Shown: piece after piece, positions 27,776 to 39,084 of the stretch
How positions within the stretch are numbered: the stretch's first letter is position 1
Layout of the letters: every line of letters starts with the position of its first letter
Source: Candidatus Moraniibacteriota bacterium
GTDB taxonomy: Bacteria > Patescibacteriota > Minisyncoccia > Moranbacterales > UBA2206
Assembly (NCBI GenBank): GCA_013334765.1
Contig: JAAXWW010000001.1
Coordinates: forward strand, 39,816-103,815
Direction: 5' to 3'
DNA length: 64,000 nt
Program-made: the position numbers and the translations under genes
Notes under the pieces: model-generated
The model's input: only the letters and a program-made list of their open reading frames with translations
Told to the model about the DNA's origin: nothing
Databases searched by the model: none

Positions 27776-30700
27776 ATGAGCATTATTTTTATGCTTAAAG
27801 TCGAAAAAGACCAGAAGATAAAAAGCACTTTCGGTTCAGGATCATCTCTCTCGAAAAGGAAGTTTTTCAAGCCCATGTCTACGGTATCGCTCCCGAATCT
27901 CATCGAGATCCAGATCGATTCGTATGATTGGTTCCTAGAGAAGGGACTCAGGGAACTTTTGGACGAAATCGACAAGGTCAGCGACTTTACGGAAAAGGAT
28001 CTAGAGCTCCATTTCAAGGAATATTATCTGGATGAGCCGAAATACGATGAAGTAACGGCTAAGAACAAGAACATATCATACGAAGCGCCTCTTCGCTGCA
28101 AGGTCCAGCTGATTATCAAGAAGACCGGAGAAGTGAAGGAGCAGGAAATATACCTCGGCGACTTCCCGCTGATGACGGACAGAGGGACATTCATCATAAA
28201 CGGAGTCGAAAGGGTCGTAGTGAGCCAGATCATCAGGAGCCCGGGCGTTTTCTTCACGATGGAATATCAGAAAGGAAGGAAGCTGTTCGGCGCCAAAGTG
28301 ATCCCGAACCGCGGAGCCTGGCTGGAACTCGAGACTGACTTCGAAGGAGCTATATATGTGAAAATCGATCGCAAGAGGAAGGTGGCTGTCACCTCCCTTC
28401 TTCGCGCTTTCGGATATTCGAGCGACAAGGAACTTCTCGCTCTTTTTGATTCGGTCGATAAGGGCGATATTTCATATATCGAAAAGACTATCGAGAAAGA
28501 CATCGCTAAGAGTCAGGGAGAAGGATACAAAGAAGTGTATAAGAGGATTCGTCCGGGAGATCTCGCGACTGAATCCAACGCCAAGCAGGTAATCGACGCG
28601 ATGTTCTTCAATTTCGAGAAATACGACTTCGGTGCGGTCGGACGATACAGGTTGAACCAGAGATTGGAGACCGAGCTTCCGAATGACGAAGAGCACAGGG
28701 TTCTCACACGTGAAGATCTGATTTTGATTATCAAGGAAATAATCCGGCTTAACAATGATCCTCAGGCGATGTCTGACGATATCGACCACCTTGGAAACAG
28801 GCGTGTCCGCAGTGTCGGCGAATTGGTTCAGAACAAGCTCCGTGTCGGAATCGCAAGGACAGTGAGGAATATCAAGGACAGGATGAGCACATGCGATATC
28901 GCAACCGTGGTTCCTGGACAATTGGTCAATCCTCGTCCGATTGCGGCTTCCATCAAGGAGTTCTTCGCTTCTTCCCAGCTGTCTCAATTCATGGACCAGG
29001 TCAATCCTTTGGCCGAGCTTGAACACAAGAGAAGGATTTCCGCGATGGGTCCCGGAGGGCTCACCCGCGAACGGGCCGGATTCGAAGTGCGCGATGTCCA
29101 TCAATCCCATTACGGAAGGATCTGCCCAGTGGAAACTCCGGAAGGACCGAATATCGGGTTGGTCGGCCATTTGGCTACATATACCAAGATCAACGAATAC
29201 GGATTTTTGGAGACTCCTTACAGGAGGGTTTATAAAGAAATAGAAAATACCCAAGAGAAACTGGTCGGCAAAATCCTAAATGAAGATGTTGCTGGAATTG
29301 CTGCCGGAACGAAAATAGATGAGGCAGCGGCAAAAATCATTTCCAAGGAAAAGAGCAGGAAAACGATCGCTATCAAGCCCTGGATCAGCCAGGAAATAGA
29401 CTATATCAATGCAACGGTTGAAGACAGGAAGAGCATAGCTCATGCTGGAATAAACATAGATGAAGACGGCAACATCCTGGATGAATCCGTCGGAGCGAGA
29501 GTGAAAGGGAAGACTACCGAAGCGGAAGCCGCGACTCTTGATTATGTCGACGTCTCGGCCAAGCAGTGTATCTCAGTGGCTACTTCGCTCATTCCGTTCT
29601 TGGAACACGATGACGCGAACCGCGCCCTCATGGGATCGAACATGCAGAGGCAGGCTGTCTCTTGCGTGAAGCCGCAGTCTCCGCTGGTCGGAACCGGAAT
29701 CGAAGACAAGGCTGCTGCCGACTCGGGACAGGTTGTCATAGCGAGAGCTCCTGGAGAGGTCGTCGAAGTCGATGCTGATCATATCATTGTCAAAGAAGAA
29801 GCTCCGGCCGGAGCCAAGAAGCCATATATCAAGAGGGAATACCGGATGCAGAGTTTCGCCAAATCGAACGCCTTCACTTCGATGAATCAAGTGCCGCGCG
29901 TCAAGAAAGGCGATATGGTCAAGAAGGGCCAACTTCTGGCTGACGGCGCTTCGACTGATCATGGCGAATTGGCGCTGGGTCAGAATATAGTCGTCGCTTT
30001 CATTCCATGGGAAGGATCGAATTATGAGGACGCCATCATCATTTCAGAGCGTCTGGTTCAGGACGACCGATACAGCTCCATTCATATCGAAGATTTCTCG
30101 ATCGATGTCCGTGACACCAAGCTCGGCGCGGAAGTCGTTACTCGCGACATCCCGAATATCGGAGAGGAGAGGCTTAAGAATCTGGACGAAACAGGAATCA
30201 TCCGCATCGGAGCGGAAGTTTCATCCGGCGATATCATGATCGGGAAGATCACTCCGAAAGGAGAAGGGGATCTTACGGCTGAAGAGAGATTGCTTCGCGC
30301 GATTTTCGGAGAGAAATCCCGCGATGTCAAAGACAGCTCGCTCTATCTTCCTCATGGAGAATATGGGAAAGTGGTTGATATTAAGATATTTTCAAGGGAA
30401 CAGGGAGACAAGCTGCCGACTGGCGTGATCCAGCAGATCCAGGTTTCAGTCGCTCAGCTCAAAAAGATCTCCGTCGGAGACAAGCTCGCCGGACGTCATG
30501 GAAACAAGGGTGTCATTTCGAAAGTGGCCGCAGTGGAAGATATGCCGTATCTGCCGGATGGAACCGCTGTTGACATGATCCTCAATCCTCTCGGAGTCGC
30601 CAGCCGTATGAATATCGGACAGATCTTGGAAACCCATCTTGGATGGGCAGCACTGAAACTCGGATACAAAGCGGCAACGCCGGCTCTTGAAGGAGTGACC

Positions 30701-31231
30701 GAACCGCAGATCAAGGCAGAACTTAGGAAAGCCGGACTTCCGGAAGACGGAAAGGTCAACCTCGTGAATGGAAGAACCGGAGAGAAATTCGATAACAAAT
30801 CCACTGTCGGAGTCATGTATGTCATGAAGCTTCATCATTTGGTTGATGACAAGATTCACATGCGCTCGATCGGGCCGTATTCCCTTATCACCCAGCAGCC
30901 GTTGGGAGGAAAGGCTCAGTTCGGAGGACAGAGGTTCGGAGAAATGGAAGTGTGGGCATTGGAAGGCTATGGCGCCGCCTATACTCTTCAGGAAATGCTG
31001 ACGATCAAATCGGATGACCAGATGGGAAGATCGAAAGCTTATGAATCGATCATCAAGGGAGAACAGATAAAGAGCCCGAATATCCCGGCTTCGTTCCATG
31101 TCTTGGTGAGCGAGCTCAAGGGTCTGGGACTCAATGTCGAATTGGTGGAAAAGAAAAACGACGGTACGTCGGACATCGATTCCGAAGAAGACGGAGAAAA
31201 GAAACCGGAGGAAGATGTAGATACTGTTTAA
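27776..31231 (+). CDS. rpoB: DNA-directed RNA polymerase subunit beta
   Basis: LPNLIEIQIDSYDWFL, the Rif-cluster region, NMQRQAVSC and the C-terminal GGQRFGEMEVWALEGYGAAYTLQEMLTIKSDD; 1151 aa. The start may be the internal ATG at 27875. Confidence 0.95.
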   Translation: MSIIFMLKVEKDQKIKSTFGSGSSLSKRKFFKPMSTVSLPNLIEIQIDSYDWFLEKGLRELLDEIDKVSDFTEKDLELHFKEYYLDEPKYDEVTAKNKNISYEAPLRCKVQLIIKKTGEVKEQEIYLGDFPLMTDRGTFIINGVERVVVSQIIRSPGVFFTMEYQKGRKLFGAKVIPNRGAWLELETDFEGAIYVKIDRKRKVAVTSLLRAFGYSSDKELLALFDSVDKGDISYIEKTIEKDIAKSQGEGYKEVYKRIRPGDLATESNAKQVIDAMFFNFEKYDFGAVGRYRLNQRLETELPNDEEHRVLTREDLILIIKEIIRLNNDPQAMSDDIDHLGNRRVRSVGELVQNKLRVGIARTVRNIKDRMSTCDIATVVPGQLVNPRPIAASIKEFFASSQLSQFMDQVNPLAELEHKRRISAMGPGGLTRERAGFEVRDVHQSHYGRICPVETPEGPNIGLVGHLATYTKINEYGFLETPYRRVYKEIENTQEKLVGKILNEDVAGIAAGTKIDEAAAKIISKEKSRKTIAIKPWISQEIDYINATVEDRKSIAHAGINIDEDGNILDESVGARVKGKTTEAEAATLDYVDVSAKQCISVATSLIPFLEHDDANRALMGSNMQRQAVSCVKPQSPLVGTGIEDKAAADSGQVVIARAPGEVVEVDADHIIVKEEAPAGAKKPYIKREYRMQSFAKSNAFTSMNQVPRVKKGDMVKKGQLLADGASTDHGELALGQNIVVAFIPWEGSNYEDAIIISERLVQDDRYSSIHIEDFSIDVRDTKLGAEVVTRDIPNIGEERLKNLDETGIIRIGAEVSSGDIMIGKITPKGEGDLTAEERLLRAIFGEKSRDVKDSSLYLPHGEYGKVVDIKIFSREQGDKLPTGVIQQIQVSVAQLKKISVGDKLAGRHGNKGVISKVAAVEDMPYLPDGTAVDMILNPLGVASRMNIGQILETHLGWAALKLGYKAATPALEGVTEPQIKAELRKAGLPEDGKVNLVNGRTGEKFDNKSTVGVMYVMKLHHLVDDKIHMRSIGPYSLITQQPLGGKAQFGGQRFGEMEVWALEGYGAAYTLQEMLTIKSDDQMGRSKAYESIIKGEQIKSPNIPASFHVLVSELKGLGLNVELVEKKNDGTSDIDSEEDGEKKPEEDVDTV

Positions 31232-31316
31232 GTTTGATTTTTTTCTTTCATAAATATTAGCTCGGTTTGCAATCGGTGATGAAAGAGTCGCTACTTGCAA
31301 ACTGCCGATCAACCAG

Positions 31317-34300
31317 ATGGATCCAATTACAAATACTAAGACCAGCAATTTCTCAAGCGTCCAGCTCAAGATTGCGAGCCCGGATGAGATATTGGAGTGG
31401 TCCCACGGCGAAGTAACGAAGCCGGAAACCATAAATTACAGGACTCAGCGCTATGAGAAGGACGGTCTTTTCTGCGAAAAGATTTTCGGTCCGAGCCGCG
31501 ACTGGGAATGCTATTGCGGCAAATACAAAAGAATCAGGTATAAGGGGATAGTTTGCGACAAGTGCGGAGTCGAAGTGACCAGGAGCGTGGTTCGCCGCGA
31601 AAGGATGGGACACATCAAGCTGGCCGTCCCGGTTTCGCATATCTGGTTCCTGCGCGGAGTACCTTCCAAAATCGGAATGGCTCTCGGAATCGGAGTACAG
31701 GACCTTGAAAAGGTCATTTATTTCTCAAGCTATGTCGTGACCAGCGTCGATGAGAAGGAGCGCGAAAAATGCCTCAGCCAGCTGGAACAGGAATACAAAG
31801 GGAAGCAGAAGGAAATCACCAGGAATTTCGAAGGCGATGCCGACGGGGATAAGGATAAGAACGAAGAGCTGAAGAGCGCCTATCGTATCTATAAGGACAA
31901 ACTCAAGAATCTTGCCAAGTTCCAGATCATTTCTGAGATTGAATATTTCAATCTCTCATCCCGCTATGGACAGGTTTTCACTGCCGGAATCGGAGCCGAA
32001 GCAATCAGGAAGCTTCTCGAGAACATTGTCTTGGAAGATGAGATTGCAAATCTGAAGACTCTTTTGGAGGGTGATGAGGATGTTCCGGACAGGAAGAAAG
32101 TGATGCGAAGAGCCAAGCTCTTCAAGGGCCTTCTGGCTGCCAAGATCAGGCCGGAATGGATGCTTCCGACAGTTATTCCCGTTATTCCGCCAGACCTTAG
32201 GCCGATGGTGGCATTGGATGGAGGACGTTTTGCGACATCCGATCTTAACGATCTGTATAGGAGAATCATCAATAGGAACAACCGTCTCAAGAAACTGCAG
32301 GAAATCGGAGCTCCGGAAGTCATTACCAGGAATGAGAAAAGAATGCTCCAGGAAGCTGTGGATGCTCTTTTCGACAACAGTGCAAGACGCAGCCAAGTGA
32401 GCGTTGCTGCCTCAACAGGACAGCGCCGTGCTCTTCGTTCTCTTGCAGACACATTGAAAGGAAAGCAGGGACGTTTCCGCCAGAATCTTCTTGGAAAGCG
32501 TGTTGATTATTCAGGACGAAGCGTTATCGTCGTCGGACCGAAATTGAAACTTCATCAGTGCGGTCTTCCGAAAAAGATGGCGTTGGAACTTTTCAAACCG
32601 TTCATCATCAACAAGCTCATTGAAAGGGAATTAGCATATAACGTCAGAAGCGCCGGAAAGATGGTCGAAGCTGAATTGGAGGCGGCCTATGAGATATTGG
32701 ACGAAATCATCAGCCATCATTACGTGCTTCTCAATCGCGCTCCGACCCTGCACCGCCTCTCGATCCAGGCTTTCCAGCCGGTGCTTATCGAAGGAAAAGC
32801 TATTCAGGTTCATCCGATGGTCTGCTCCGCTTTCAACGCGGACTTCGACGGAGACCAGATGGCAGTGCATGTCCCATTGACTGACAAAGCCAGATGGGAG
32901 AGCGCTAACTTGATGCTGAGCGCCAAGAACCTGCTGAAACCGGCGAGCGGCGAGCCGATCACTACTCCGACTCTTGATATGGTGCTCGGCTGCTATTACA
33001 TAACGCATCTTTCTCCTGAAGCTAAGGGACAAGGAAAGGTTTTCGGCAGCATCGAGGAAGCTATTTTGGCTGAGGAACTCGGACATGTCGACATCCGCGC
33101 CAAAGTGAAGATAAGAATCAAAGGAGAACTGGTTGAAACATCAGTCGGAAGAGTGAGACTCAACGCGATCATTCCGGATGAACTCGGATTCCAGAATTAT
33201 GAAATGACCAAGAAAGAGCTGAAGCAATTGGTGGCGAAAGTCCTTGAGGAATGCGGACAGGAAGAGACAGCTTTGTTTGTCGATAAGATCAAGAACCTCG
33301 GATTCGCTTCGGTCACCAAATCCGGAATCAGTTGGGGAATGGATGACCTTAATATCCCAGTGGAAAAGAAGGAATACCTGAAAAATGCTGAGGAGAAAGT
33401 CGAAGCGATCAAGAAGCAATATAACATGGGTCTTCTTACTGAAGACGAAAGGAAGAGCAAGGTGATCGAGATTTGGAACGATGCTAAAAACAGGATTACC
33501 GACAGCATGCGTGACGCGATGGACAAGGAAGGTTCCGTGTATTCCATGGTTTATTCCAAGGCGAGAGGTTCCGAATCGGTTGTTGCTCAGATGGCTGGAA
33601 TGAAAGGCCTCATGGCCGGTCCGACCGGAGAGACCATCGAACTTCCGATCAAGAGCTGTTTCAAAGAAGGTCTTAATGTGTTGGAATATTTCATCTCGAC
33701 TCATGGAGCGAGAAAAGGTATGGCTGATACGGCGCTTCGAACAGCGACTGCCGGATATCTGACTCGCCGTCTTGTTGATGTCGCTCAGGATGTCATTATC
33801 CGTGAAGAGGATTGCAAAGATACGGAAGGAGCTTATATATACAAAGAGGATTCTGACCGTATCGGACAGAACTTCGCGACCAGGGTTGTCGGCAGAGTGC
33901 TGGTTGAAGACATAAAAGATCCGAAGACGAATGAGATCCTTGTCAAGAAAGACATCATGGTGACGAAAGAGGACGGAGAAAAGATCGAAAAAGCCGGAAT
34001 CGAAAAAGCGAAGATCAGGACGATTGTTACTTGCAAATCTTCCAGGGGAGTCTGTCAGAAATGCTATGGTTTGGATCTTGGGCGCGGGCACATGGTTGAT
34101 CTCGGTCAGGCTGTTGGAATCGTGGCGGCTCAAGCGATCGGAGAGCCGGGAACCCAGCTCACGATGCGTACCTTCCATATCGGAGGAATCGCCGGATCAG
34201 ACATCACTCAGGGGCTTCCTCGTGTGGAGGAAATCTTCGAGTCCCGCCCTCCTAAGGGAGAATCCATGATTTCGGAAATCGATGGAAAAGTCATCGGAAT

Positions 34301-34904
34301 CGAAAGCACTGATAAGGCGATGATCGTCAAAGTGGCTTCTCAAGGAAAAGAAGAGATCGTGAAGGAATACCAGATTCCTGCCGGCGCGACCATCAAGGTT
34401 GCCGAAGGGGATTTGGTTGCCAAGGGCACCCAGCTGTCAGAAGGTCATATCGATCTTAAGAAGCTATATGATGTCAAAGGCTGGGAAGAAGTGCACCGAT
34501 ATATCGTCAGCGAAATCCAGGAAGTGTATGCTTCTCAGGGTGAGGCGATCAATGACAAGCATGTCGAAGTGATCATCCGTCAGATGTTCAGCCGTCTCTC
34601 GATCATCAAGGAGGGGGATTCTACATTCCTTGCCGGAGACGTAGTCGAAGCTGATGAGTTCAATGAGGCTAATGACAATATCCGGAAAGCCGGAGGAGAG
34701 GAAACTGAGGGAGAAAGGATGCTGCTTGGAATCACCAAGGTGGCTCTCTCGACCGAATCGTTCCTTTCAGCTGCTTCTTTCCAGGAAACAGCCAGGGTTC
34801 TTATCAACGCCGCTGTCCAAGGTAAGGAAGACAAGCTCCGCGGTCTCAAGGAAAACGTGATCATCGGAAAACTGATCCCAGCCGGGACAGGATTCGGGAA
34901 ATAG
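31317..34904 (+). CDS. rpoC: DNA-directed RNA polymerase subunit beta'
   Basis: Zn-binding [31 protein letters not shown], the G-loop/trigger-loop regions and a C-terminal [10 protein letters not shown]; 1195 aa. Confidence 0.95.
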   Translation: MDPITNTKTSNFSSVQLKIASPDEILEWSHGEVTKPETINYRTQRYEKDGLFCEKIFGPSRDWECYCGKYKRIRYKGIVCDKCGVEVTRSVVRRERMGHIKLAVPVSHIWFLRGVPSKIGMALGIGVQDLEKVIYFSSYVVTSVDEKEREKCLSQLEQEYKGKQKEITRNFEGDADGDKDKNEELKSAYRIYKDKLKNLAKFQIISEIEYFNLSSRYGQVFTAGIGAEAIRKLLENIVLEDEIANLKTLLEGDEDVPDRKKVMRRAKLFKGLLAAKIRPEWMLPTVIPVIPPDLRPMVALDGGRFATSDLNDLYRRIINRNNRLKKLQEIGAPEVITRNEKRMLQEAVDALFDNSARRSQVSVAASTGQRRALRSLADTLKGKQGRFRQNLLGKRVDYSGRSVIVVGPKLKLHQCGLPKKMALELFKPFIINKLIERELAYNVRSAGKMVEAELEAAYEILDEIISHHYVLLNRAPTLHRLSIQAFQPVLIEGKAIQVHPMVCSAFNADFDGDQMAVHVPLTDKARWESANLMLSAKNLLKPASGEPITTPTLDMVLGCYYITHLSPEAKGQGKVFGSIEEAILAEELGHVDIRAKVKIRIKGELVETSVGRVRLNAIIPDELGFQNYEMTKKELKQLVAKVLEECGQEETALFVDKIKNLGFASVTKSGISWGMDDLNIPVEKKEYLKNAEEKVEAIKKQYNMGLLTEDERKSKVIEIWNDAKNRITDSMRDAMDKEGSVYSMVYSKARGSESVVAQMAGMKGLMAGPTGETIELPIKSCFKEGLNVLEYFISTHGARKGMADTALRTATAGYLTRRLVDVAQDVIIREEDCKDTEGAYIYKEDSDRIGQNFATRVVGRVLVEDIKDPKTNEILVKKDIMVTKEDGEKIEKAGIEKAKIRTIVTCKSSRGVCQKCYGLDLGRGHMVDLGQAVGIVAAQAIGEPGTQLTMRTFHIGGIAGSDITQGLPRVEEIFESRPPKGESMISEIDGKVIGIESTDKAMIVKVASQGKEEIVKEYQIPAGATIKVAEGDLVAKGTQLSEGHIDLKKLYDVKGWEEVHRYIVSEIQEVYASQGEAINDKHVEVIIRQMFSRLSIIKEGDSTFLAGDVVEADEFNEANDNIRKAGGEETEGERMLLGITKVALSTESFLSAASFQETARVLINAAVQGKEDKLRGLKENVIIGKLIPAGTGFGK

Positions 34905-34956
34905 CGATCATGGGTTGACTTTTCTGTTCAGATAGTGTATACTGATGAGGTAATAA

Positions 34957-34987
34957 GAAAGCGGGTGAACCCCGCTTTCTTTTTTTA
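34957..34987 (+). terminator. intrinsic terminator after rpoC
   Basis: GAAAGCGGG-tgaac-CCCGCTTTC followed by T7. Confidence 0.7.
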
Positions 34988-35058
34988 TCGCTTAATTTAT
35001 TAATCAAAAAATCCTCGGTAATCGAGCGCTAAGCCCGAGCTGAGGCAAAAACAAAAAA

Positions 35059-35217
35059 ATGGAAAAGGAAAAAATGCAGGAAGCCCCTTGCGAGTGTCCG
35101 GAGTGCAAAAGAAGGGCCGAGGCTGAAAAAGAGCATGAAGAGATGAATTTTGCCATCCTTCTGGCTCTCGTTCCGGCATTGGTAATAACCTTCTTCGGAA
35201 ACGCAGGACTTTTCTAA
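35059..35217 (+). CDS. candidate small protein (52 aa): CxC-x2-C ribbon-like N-terminus plus C-terminal TM helix
   Basis: Reads MEKEKMQEAPCECPECKRRAEAEKEHEEMNFAILLALVPALVITFFGNAGLF. It is below the ORF-track cutoff. The only alternatives in this gap are two low-complexity antisense ORFs. Confidence 0.3.
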   Translation: MEKEKMQEAPCECPECKRRAEAEKEHEEMNFAILLALVPALVITFFGNAGLF

Positions 35218-35307
35218 GCAAAATAGCGCATCCAAAATAATCATAACCAAGCAAAGAGTCCCCTTAGGGGATTTTTTGCTTTTCACAAATTATGTTAAAA
35301 TAGTCCC

Positions 35308-37707
35308 ATGGGAAGAAAAAAAAATACAGGCACAGCAAATAAGAGAGGAAGGAAAAGGAAAGAAGAGGTAGAAGTCGAGGAAGACGAGACCTCCTTTCTG
35401 TCCATAGGATCCGATGCTAAGAGAAGCGTGGCAGCGGTTTTTTTGTTCGCGCTGGGGCTTATTTCGGCACTCGGTTTTTTTGGCGCGTCCGGCGTCATCG
35501 GCAGTTCTCTTAATGGTGCGGTGGGAACGGCGGTCGGCTGGGTGAAATTCATTTTCCCGCTATTCTTGGTCTTGGCTGGGATAATCTTGTTGTTCAGGAA
35601 AGAGACGTCTTTCTATGTGGTCAAGATCCTGGGGCTGCTGATCGTCTTCGTGGCACTCACCGGTTTTTTTCATTGGTTCTATACTGTCAAAGAAATGTCG
35701 AAGTTCGCGTCGCTGGGCGAGGGCGGAGGATATCTTGGATTCGGAGTGGCATATCTGCTGACGAAATATTTGGGAAGCGCCGGAAGCCTGATCATGATAG
35801 TATGCCTTATCATTATCGGTGTCATCGTGGCGTTCGAATTCTCTCTGGCTGATTTCATAATGAAATTCAAGCGCGCTGCCAATCAGAAAGATGAAGTTTT
35901 GGAGAATGGGGATGAGGATGGCATGGAGGATGCTGAAGAATCTTTCGAGGAGGAGGAAAATATCGAAGTTAAAAGCGAGCAGCCTGCTGAAGAGAGCGAT
36001 ATGGACGCAAACATAGCGAAAATAGAATTCGTGGAAGGACGCGATAGGTTCGTAGATAAGAGGCTTCTGAGCGATAAGCATAGCGCGGATTTCAATCAGG
36101 AGAAGAAGCCCGATAATCCGAGCGCCGGTAGGAGTATCTTTTCCCGTCGTTCCAAATGGAAGATGCCTCCGTTCAATCTGCTTGAGAATACGACCGGAGA
36201 GGCCAAAGGCGGGGATGTGGAGCGGAACGCTGAGATTATTAAGAATACCTTGCATAATTTCGGGATCGAGGTCGAGCGGGGAGACATAAAGACTGGTCCG
36301 TCGGTAACGCAATACAGTTTCCGTCCGGCGGTCGGAGTGAAGATCTCAAAGATATTGTCGCTTCAGAATGACCTGGCTTTGGCGCTGGCAGCGCATCCTA
36401 TAAGGATAGAGGCTCCGATTCCTGGCAAGTCCATGATCGGTATCGAAGTCCCGAACAAATCATCATCCATAGTCGGGCTCCGGGGGATTCTTGAAAGCAA
36501 GGATTTCAAGAACCGCTCTTCTAACCTCACTTTGGCACTCGGGGAGGATGTAAGCGGCAGCTATCTTTTCGATTCGCTCGACAGGATGCCTCATCTCATG
36601 ATCGCGGGATCTACCGGAACAGGGAAATCGGTCTCGGTGAACGCTATCATAACCGCGCTGCTTTATCAGAATTCCCCTGATGATCTGAAATTCATCATGG
36701 TCGATCCTAAGCGTGTCGAACTGTCGCTCTATAACGGAATCCCGCATCTCCTGACGGACGTTATCGTCGAGAACAACAAAGTGGTCAATGCCCTCAAGTG
36801 GGCGGTCGGGGAAATGGAAAGGAGATACAAGCTTCTTCAGGAGTCTGGTTCGCGCGACGTCATTTCCTATAAGGAAAAGATAAAGAACGGCGAGAAGAAG
36901 AAATGCGTCGACAAGGAAACCGGGGAAGTAAGTGAAGAGGAATATGAATATTTGCCGTATATCGTCATCCTTATCGACGAGCTTGCTGATCTTATGGGAA
37001 GCCATGGCAAGGAAGTGGAGGGCGCGATCGTGCGTATCGCTCAAATGGCCCGCGCGGTCGGGATCCATCTGATCGTTTCCACTCAGCGTCCTTCGGTCGA
37101 AGTCATTACCGGGCTTATCAAAGCCAACATAGCAACCCGCATAGCCTTCCAGGTGGCATCCCAGATCGACTCGAGGACGATTATCGATATGGCAGGCGCT
37201 GAGAAGCTCCTGGGGCGCGGTGACATGCTCTACGCGAGCGCTAGCTCTCCGAAGCCTGTTCGCATCCAAGGAGTCTATGTGAGCGAAACAGAAGTCAAGA
37301 AAGTGGTCAATTTCATAAAAGAGCAGAAAGAGGCTCTTGGTATTGGGAAAGATGACGGAGAGGATGATGAGGCGATAACCGACAACGGTGGTCAGAAATC
37401 GGACGGGGCCCAGTCTTTCAGCCTTGATGCCATAACATCCGATTCGGATCAGGAGGATAGCCTGTATGAGGCAGCGAAAGCCGAAGTCATGCGCGCGAAG
37501 AAAGCTTCCGCCTCGCTTCTTCAAAGGCGCCTCCGCGTCGGATACGCGAGAGCGGCGAGGCTTCTTGATATCCTTGAAGACAACGGGGTTGTCGGACCTT
37601 CCGAAGGGGCGAAGCCTCGCGAGGTATACGGAGCGGACGGGCCTTCCGAAATCAGCTATGATGATTCGATAGATGATCAAGAGAAGAGGGATAAATGGAA
37701 TATGTAG
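35308..37707 (+). CDS. ftsK: DNA translocase FtsK/SpoIIIE
   Basis: N-terminal TM helices, an acidic linker, a motor domain with Walker A GSTGTGKS and IVIDELADLM, and a C-terminal gamma domain; 799 aa. Confidence 0.9.
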   Translation: MGRKKNTGTANKRGRKRKEEVEVEEDETSFLSIGSDAKRSVAAVFLFALGLISALGFFGASGVIGSSLNGAVGTAVGWVKFIFPLFLVLAGIILLFRKETSFYVVKILGLLIVFVALTGFFHWFYTVKEMSKFASLGEGGGYLGFGVAYLLTKYLGSAGSLIMIVCLIIIGVIVAFEFSLADFIMKFKRAANQKDEVLENGDEDGMEDAEESFEEEENIEVKSEQPAEESDMDANIAKIEFVEGRDRFVDKRLLSDKHSADFNQEKKPDNPSAGRSIFSRRSKWKMPPFNLLENTTGEAKGGDVERNAEIIKNTLHNFGIEVERGDIKTGPSVTQYSFRPAVGVKISKILSLQNDLALALAAHPIRIEAPIPGKSMIGIEVPNKSSSIVGLRGILESKDFKNRSSNLTLALGEDVSGSYLFDSLDRMPHLMIAGSTGTGKSVSVNAIITALLYQNSPDDLKFIMVDPKRVELSLYNGIPHLLTDVIVENNKVVNALKWAVGEMERRYKLLQESGSRDVISYKEKIKNGEKKKCVDKETGEVSEEEYEYLPYIVILIDELADLMGSHGKEVEGAIVRIAQMARAVGIHLIVSTQRPSVEVITGLIKANIATRIAFQVASQIDSRTIIDMAGAEKLLGRGDMLYASASSPKPVRIQGVYVSETEVKKVVNFIKEQKEALGIGKDDGEDDEAITDNGGQKSDGAQSFSLDAITSDSDQEDSLYEAAKAEVMRAKKASASLLQRRLRVGYARAARLLDILEDNGVVGPSEGAKPREVYGADGPSEISYDDSIDDQEKRDKWNM

Positions 37708-37790
37708 TCATGTGACACGGAACCGGTTTCATGTCCCATGAATCATGCTATATGGCAAGAAGCGGTTTTACAAAAAAAAGAGTCGGCACT

Positions 37791-38774
37791 ATGACTCTTG
37801 GGGAGAAGCTCAGACATCTTCGCGAGGACAGGCGTATCACTCTCCTTGAAGCCTCGCGCGGAACCAAGATCCAGGTCAGATACCTGGAGTTCCTAGAGGC
37901 TGGCGATTATGATTCTCTTCCGGCGGATGTCTATGTGCGGGGATTCCTGAGGAGTTATGGGGATTTCCTGGGCGTCGATGAACATATCCTAGTGAAGCTT
38001 TATGAAAAGGAAAAAGGCATCAAGGAGAATCTCGCCAAAAGCAGGAATGCCGGAGCCAATAACCGTTTCGTGAGTCCGGTCAATATCTCATCTTTCGTTT
38101 TCACGCCCAAAAAGCTGGCAATCGCGCTGCTTGGACTGCTGGTTGCTTCGGCGATATTCTATCTTTATAGGGAAGTGGGATCGTTTTCGAACGATCCGCG
38201 CCTGATTATTTTTTCTCCTTTGAACAATTCTGAAATCAGCGGCAACTCCGTTGTCGTCGATGGCGTGACTGATAAGGATTCGAAACTGTTCATAAACGGA
38301 CAGCCTATTCTGGTTGACGATGAAGGGCGGTTCCGCGAGGAGCTTACGCTCCAGTCAGGAGTGAATACTATAAGCGTGCATTCTGAGAACAAATTCGGGA
38401 AAGAGAAGACCGAGACGATTTCGGTCCAGGGAAAGCACGAGGAGGCATCTGATCCGGGTTCCGATTCGGGATCAGTGGATAATTCGCAAAGCTCTTCTTC
38501 GAGCTCTTCAAGCTCGGAAAACGGCAAGCTGCAGTTGGAGCTCCGGGTCGATCCGGGTCCGGTCTGGATGAATGTCGAGGCAGACGGGAAGCTGGTCTTT
38601 AGCGGAACGATGCTGGCAGGGGCCGTACAGAGTTTCAGCGCGGATGACAAGATAGTTGTCAATTCAGGGCGTGGAAACGCCACTTTCGTGAGATTCAACG
38701 GCAAGGATGCGGGAGCTCTCAGCGCTGATCCTGGCGTTGTGAAGGATGCGGTTTTTGATAAAAATACCAAGTAG
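37791..38774 (+). CDS. rodZ: RodZ-like cytoskeleton-associated protein (HTH + TM + DUF4115-like C-terminus)
   Basis: XRE-type HTH (LGEKLRHLREDRRITLLEAS), a TM helix, a Ser-rich linker and a C-terminal domain LELRVDPGPVWMNVEADGK..FVRFNGKD. Confidence 0.65.
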   Translation: MTLGEKLRHLREDRRITLLEASRGTKIQVRYLEFLEAGDYDSLPADVYVRGFLRSYGDFLGVDEHILVKLYEKEKGIKENLAKSRNAGANNRFVSPVNISSFVFTPKKLAIALLGLLVASAIFYLYREVGSFSNDPRLIIFSPLNNSEISGNSVVVDGVTDKDSKLFINGQPILVDDEGRFREELTLQSGVNTISVHSENKFGKEKTETISVQGKHEEASDPGSDSGSVDNSQSSSSSSSSSENGKLQLELRVDPGPVWMNVEADGKLVFSGTMLAGAVQSFSADDKIVVNSGRGNATFVRFNGKDAGALSADPGVVKDAVFDKNTK

Positions 38775-39084
38775 GAAATAAAAACTTGACAGTGATAATG
38801 GGTGGGTGATAAAATATCACTGTAATCGGTTTTTGATTCGTTGCGTATAATCAGCTTACTGCGATATCTTTGTTCGAATGATTGTTGTTCCTGATTTCAT
38901 ACGCCTTTATTTTTTGCCAAGGAGACTTCCGTCGTTTTTTATTTTTTGGATTTTTGAAGCATCCTAAGCCAAAAAATAAAGAGCCTTATGGTTGCCTCTG
39001 ATTGGTTTCCGGTTGTTCCTTTATTTTTATTTTAATTGCAGGCTGGTATAAATAAGTCATAATCATAATCGTTTTAGAAACGCT

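Noticed and set aside
28024-34864. Numerous ORFs within and antisense to rpoB/rpoC (e.g. 28472..29254, 30446..31432, 33141..34178)
   Set aside because: They are antisense or shadow frames of two long, unambiguous RNAP genes, with skewed composition (R/S/L-rich).
35000-35286. ORFs 35000..35254(-) and 35029..35286(-) between rpoC and ftsK
   Set aside because: They overlap each other and are low-complexity (F/L/S-rich). The + strand micro-ORF with a zinc-ribbon/TM pattern is the more plausible coding reading of this gap.
36463-37680. 405-aa antisense ORF inside ftsK
   Set aside because: It is opposite a strongly supported FtsK motor domain and its translation has no recognisable features.
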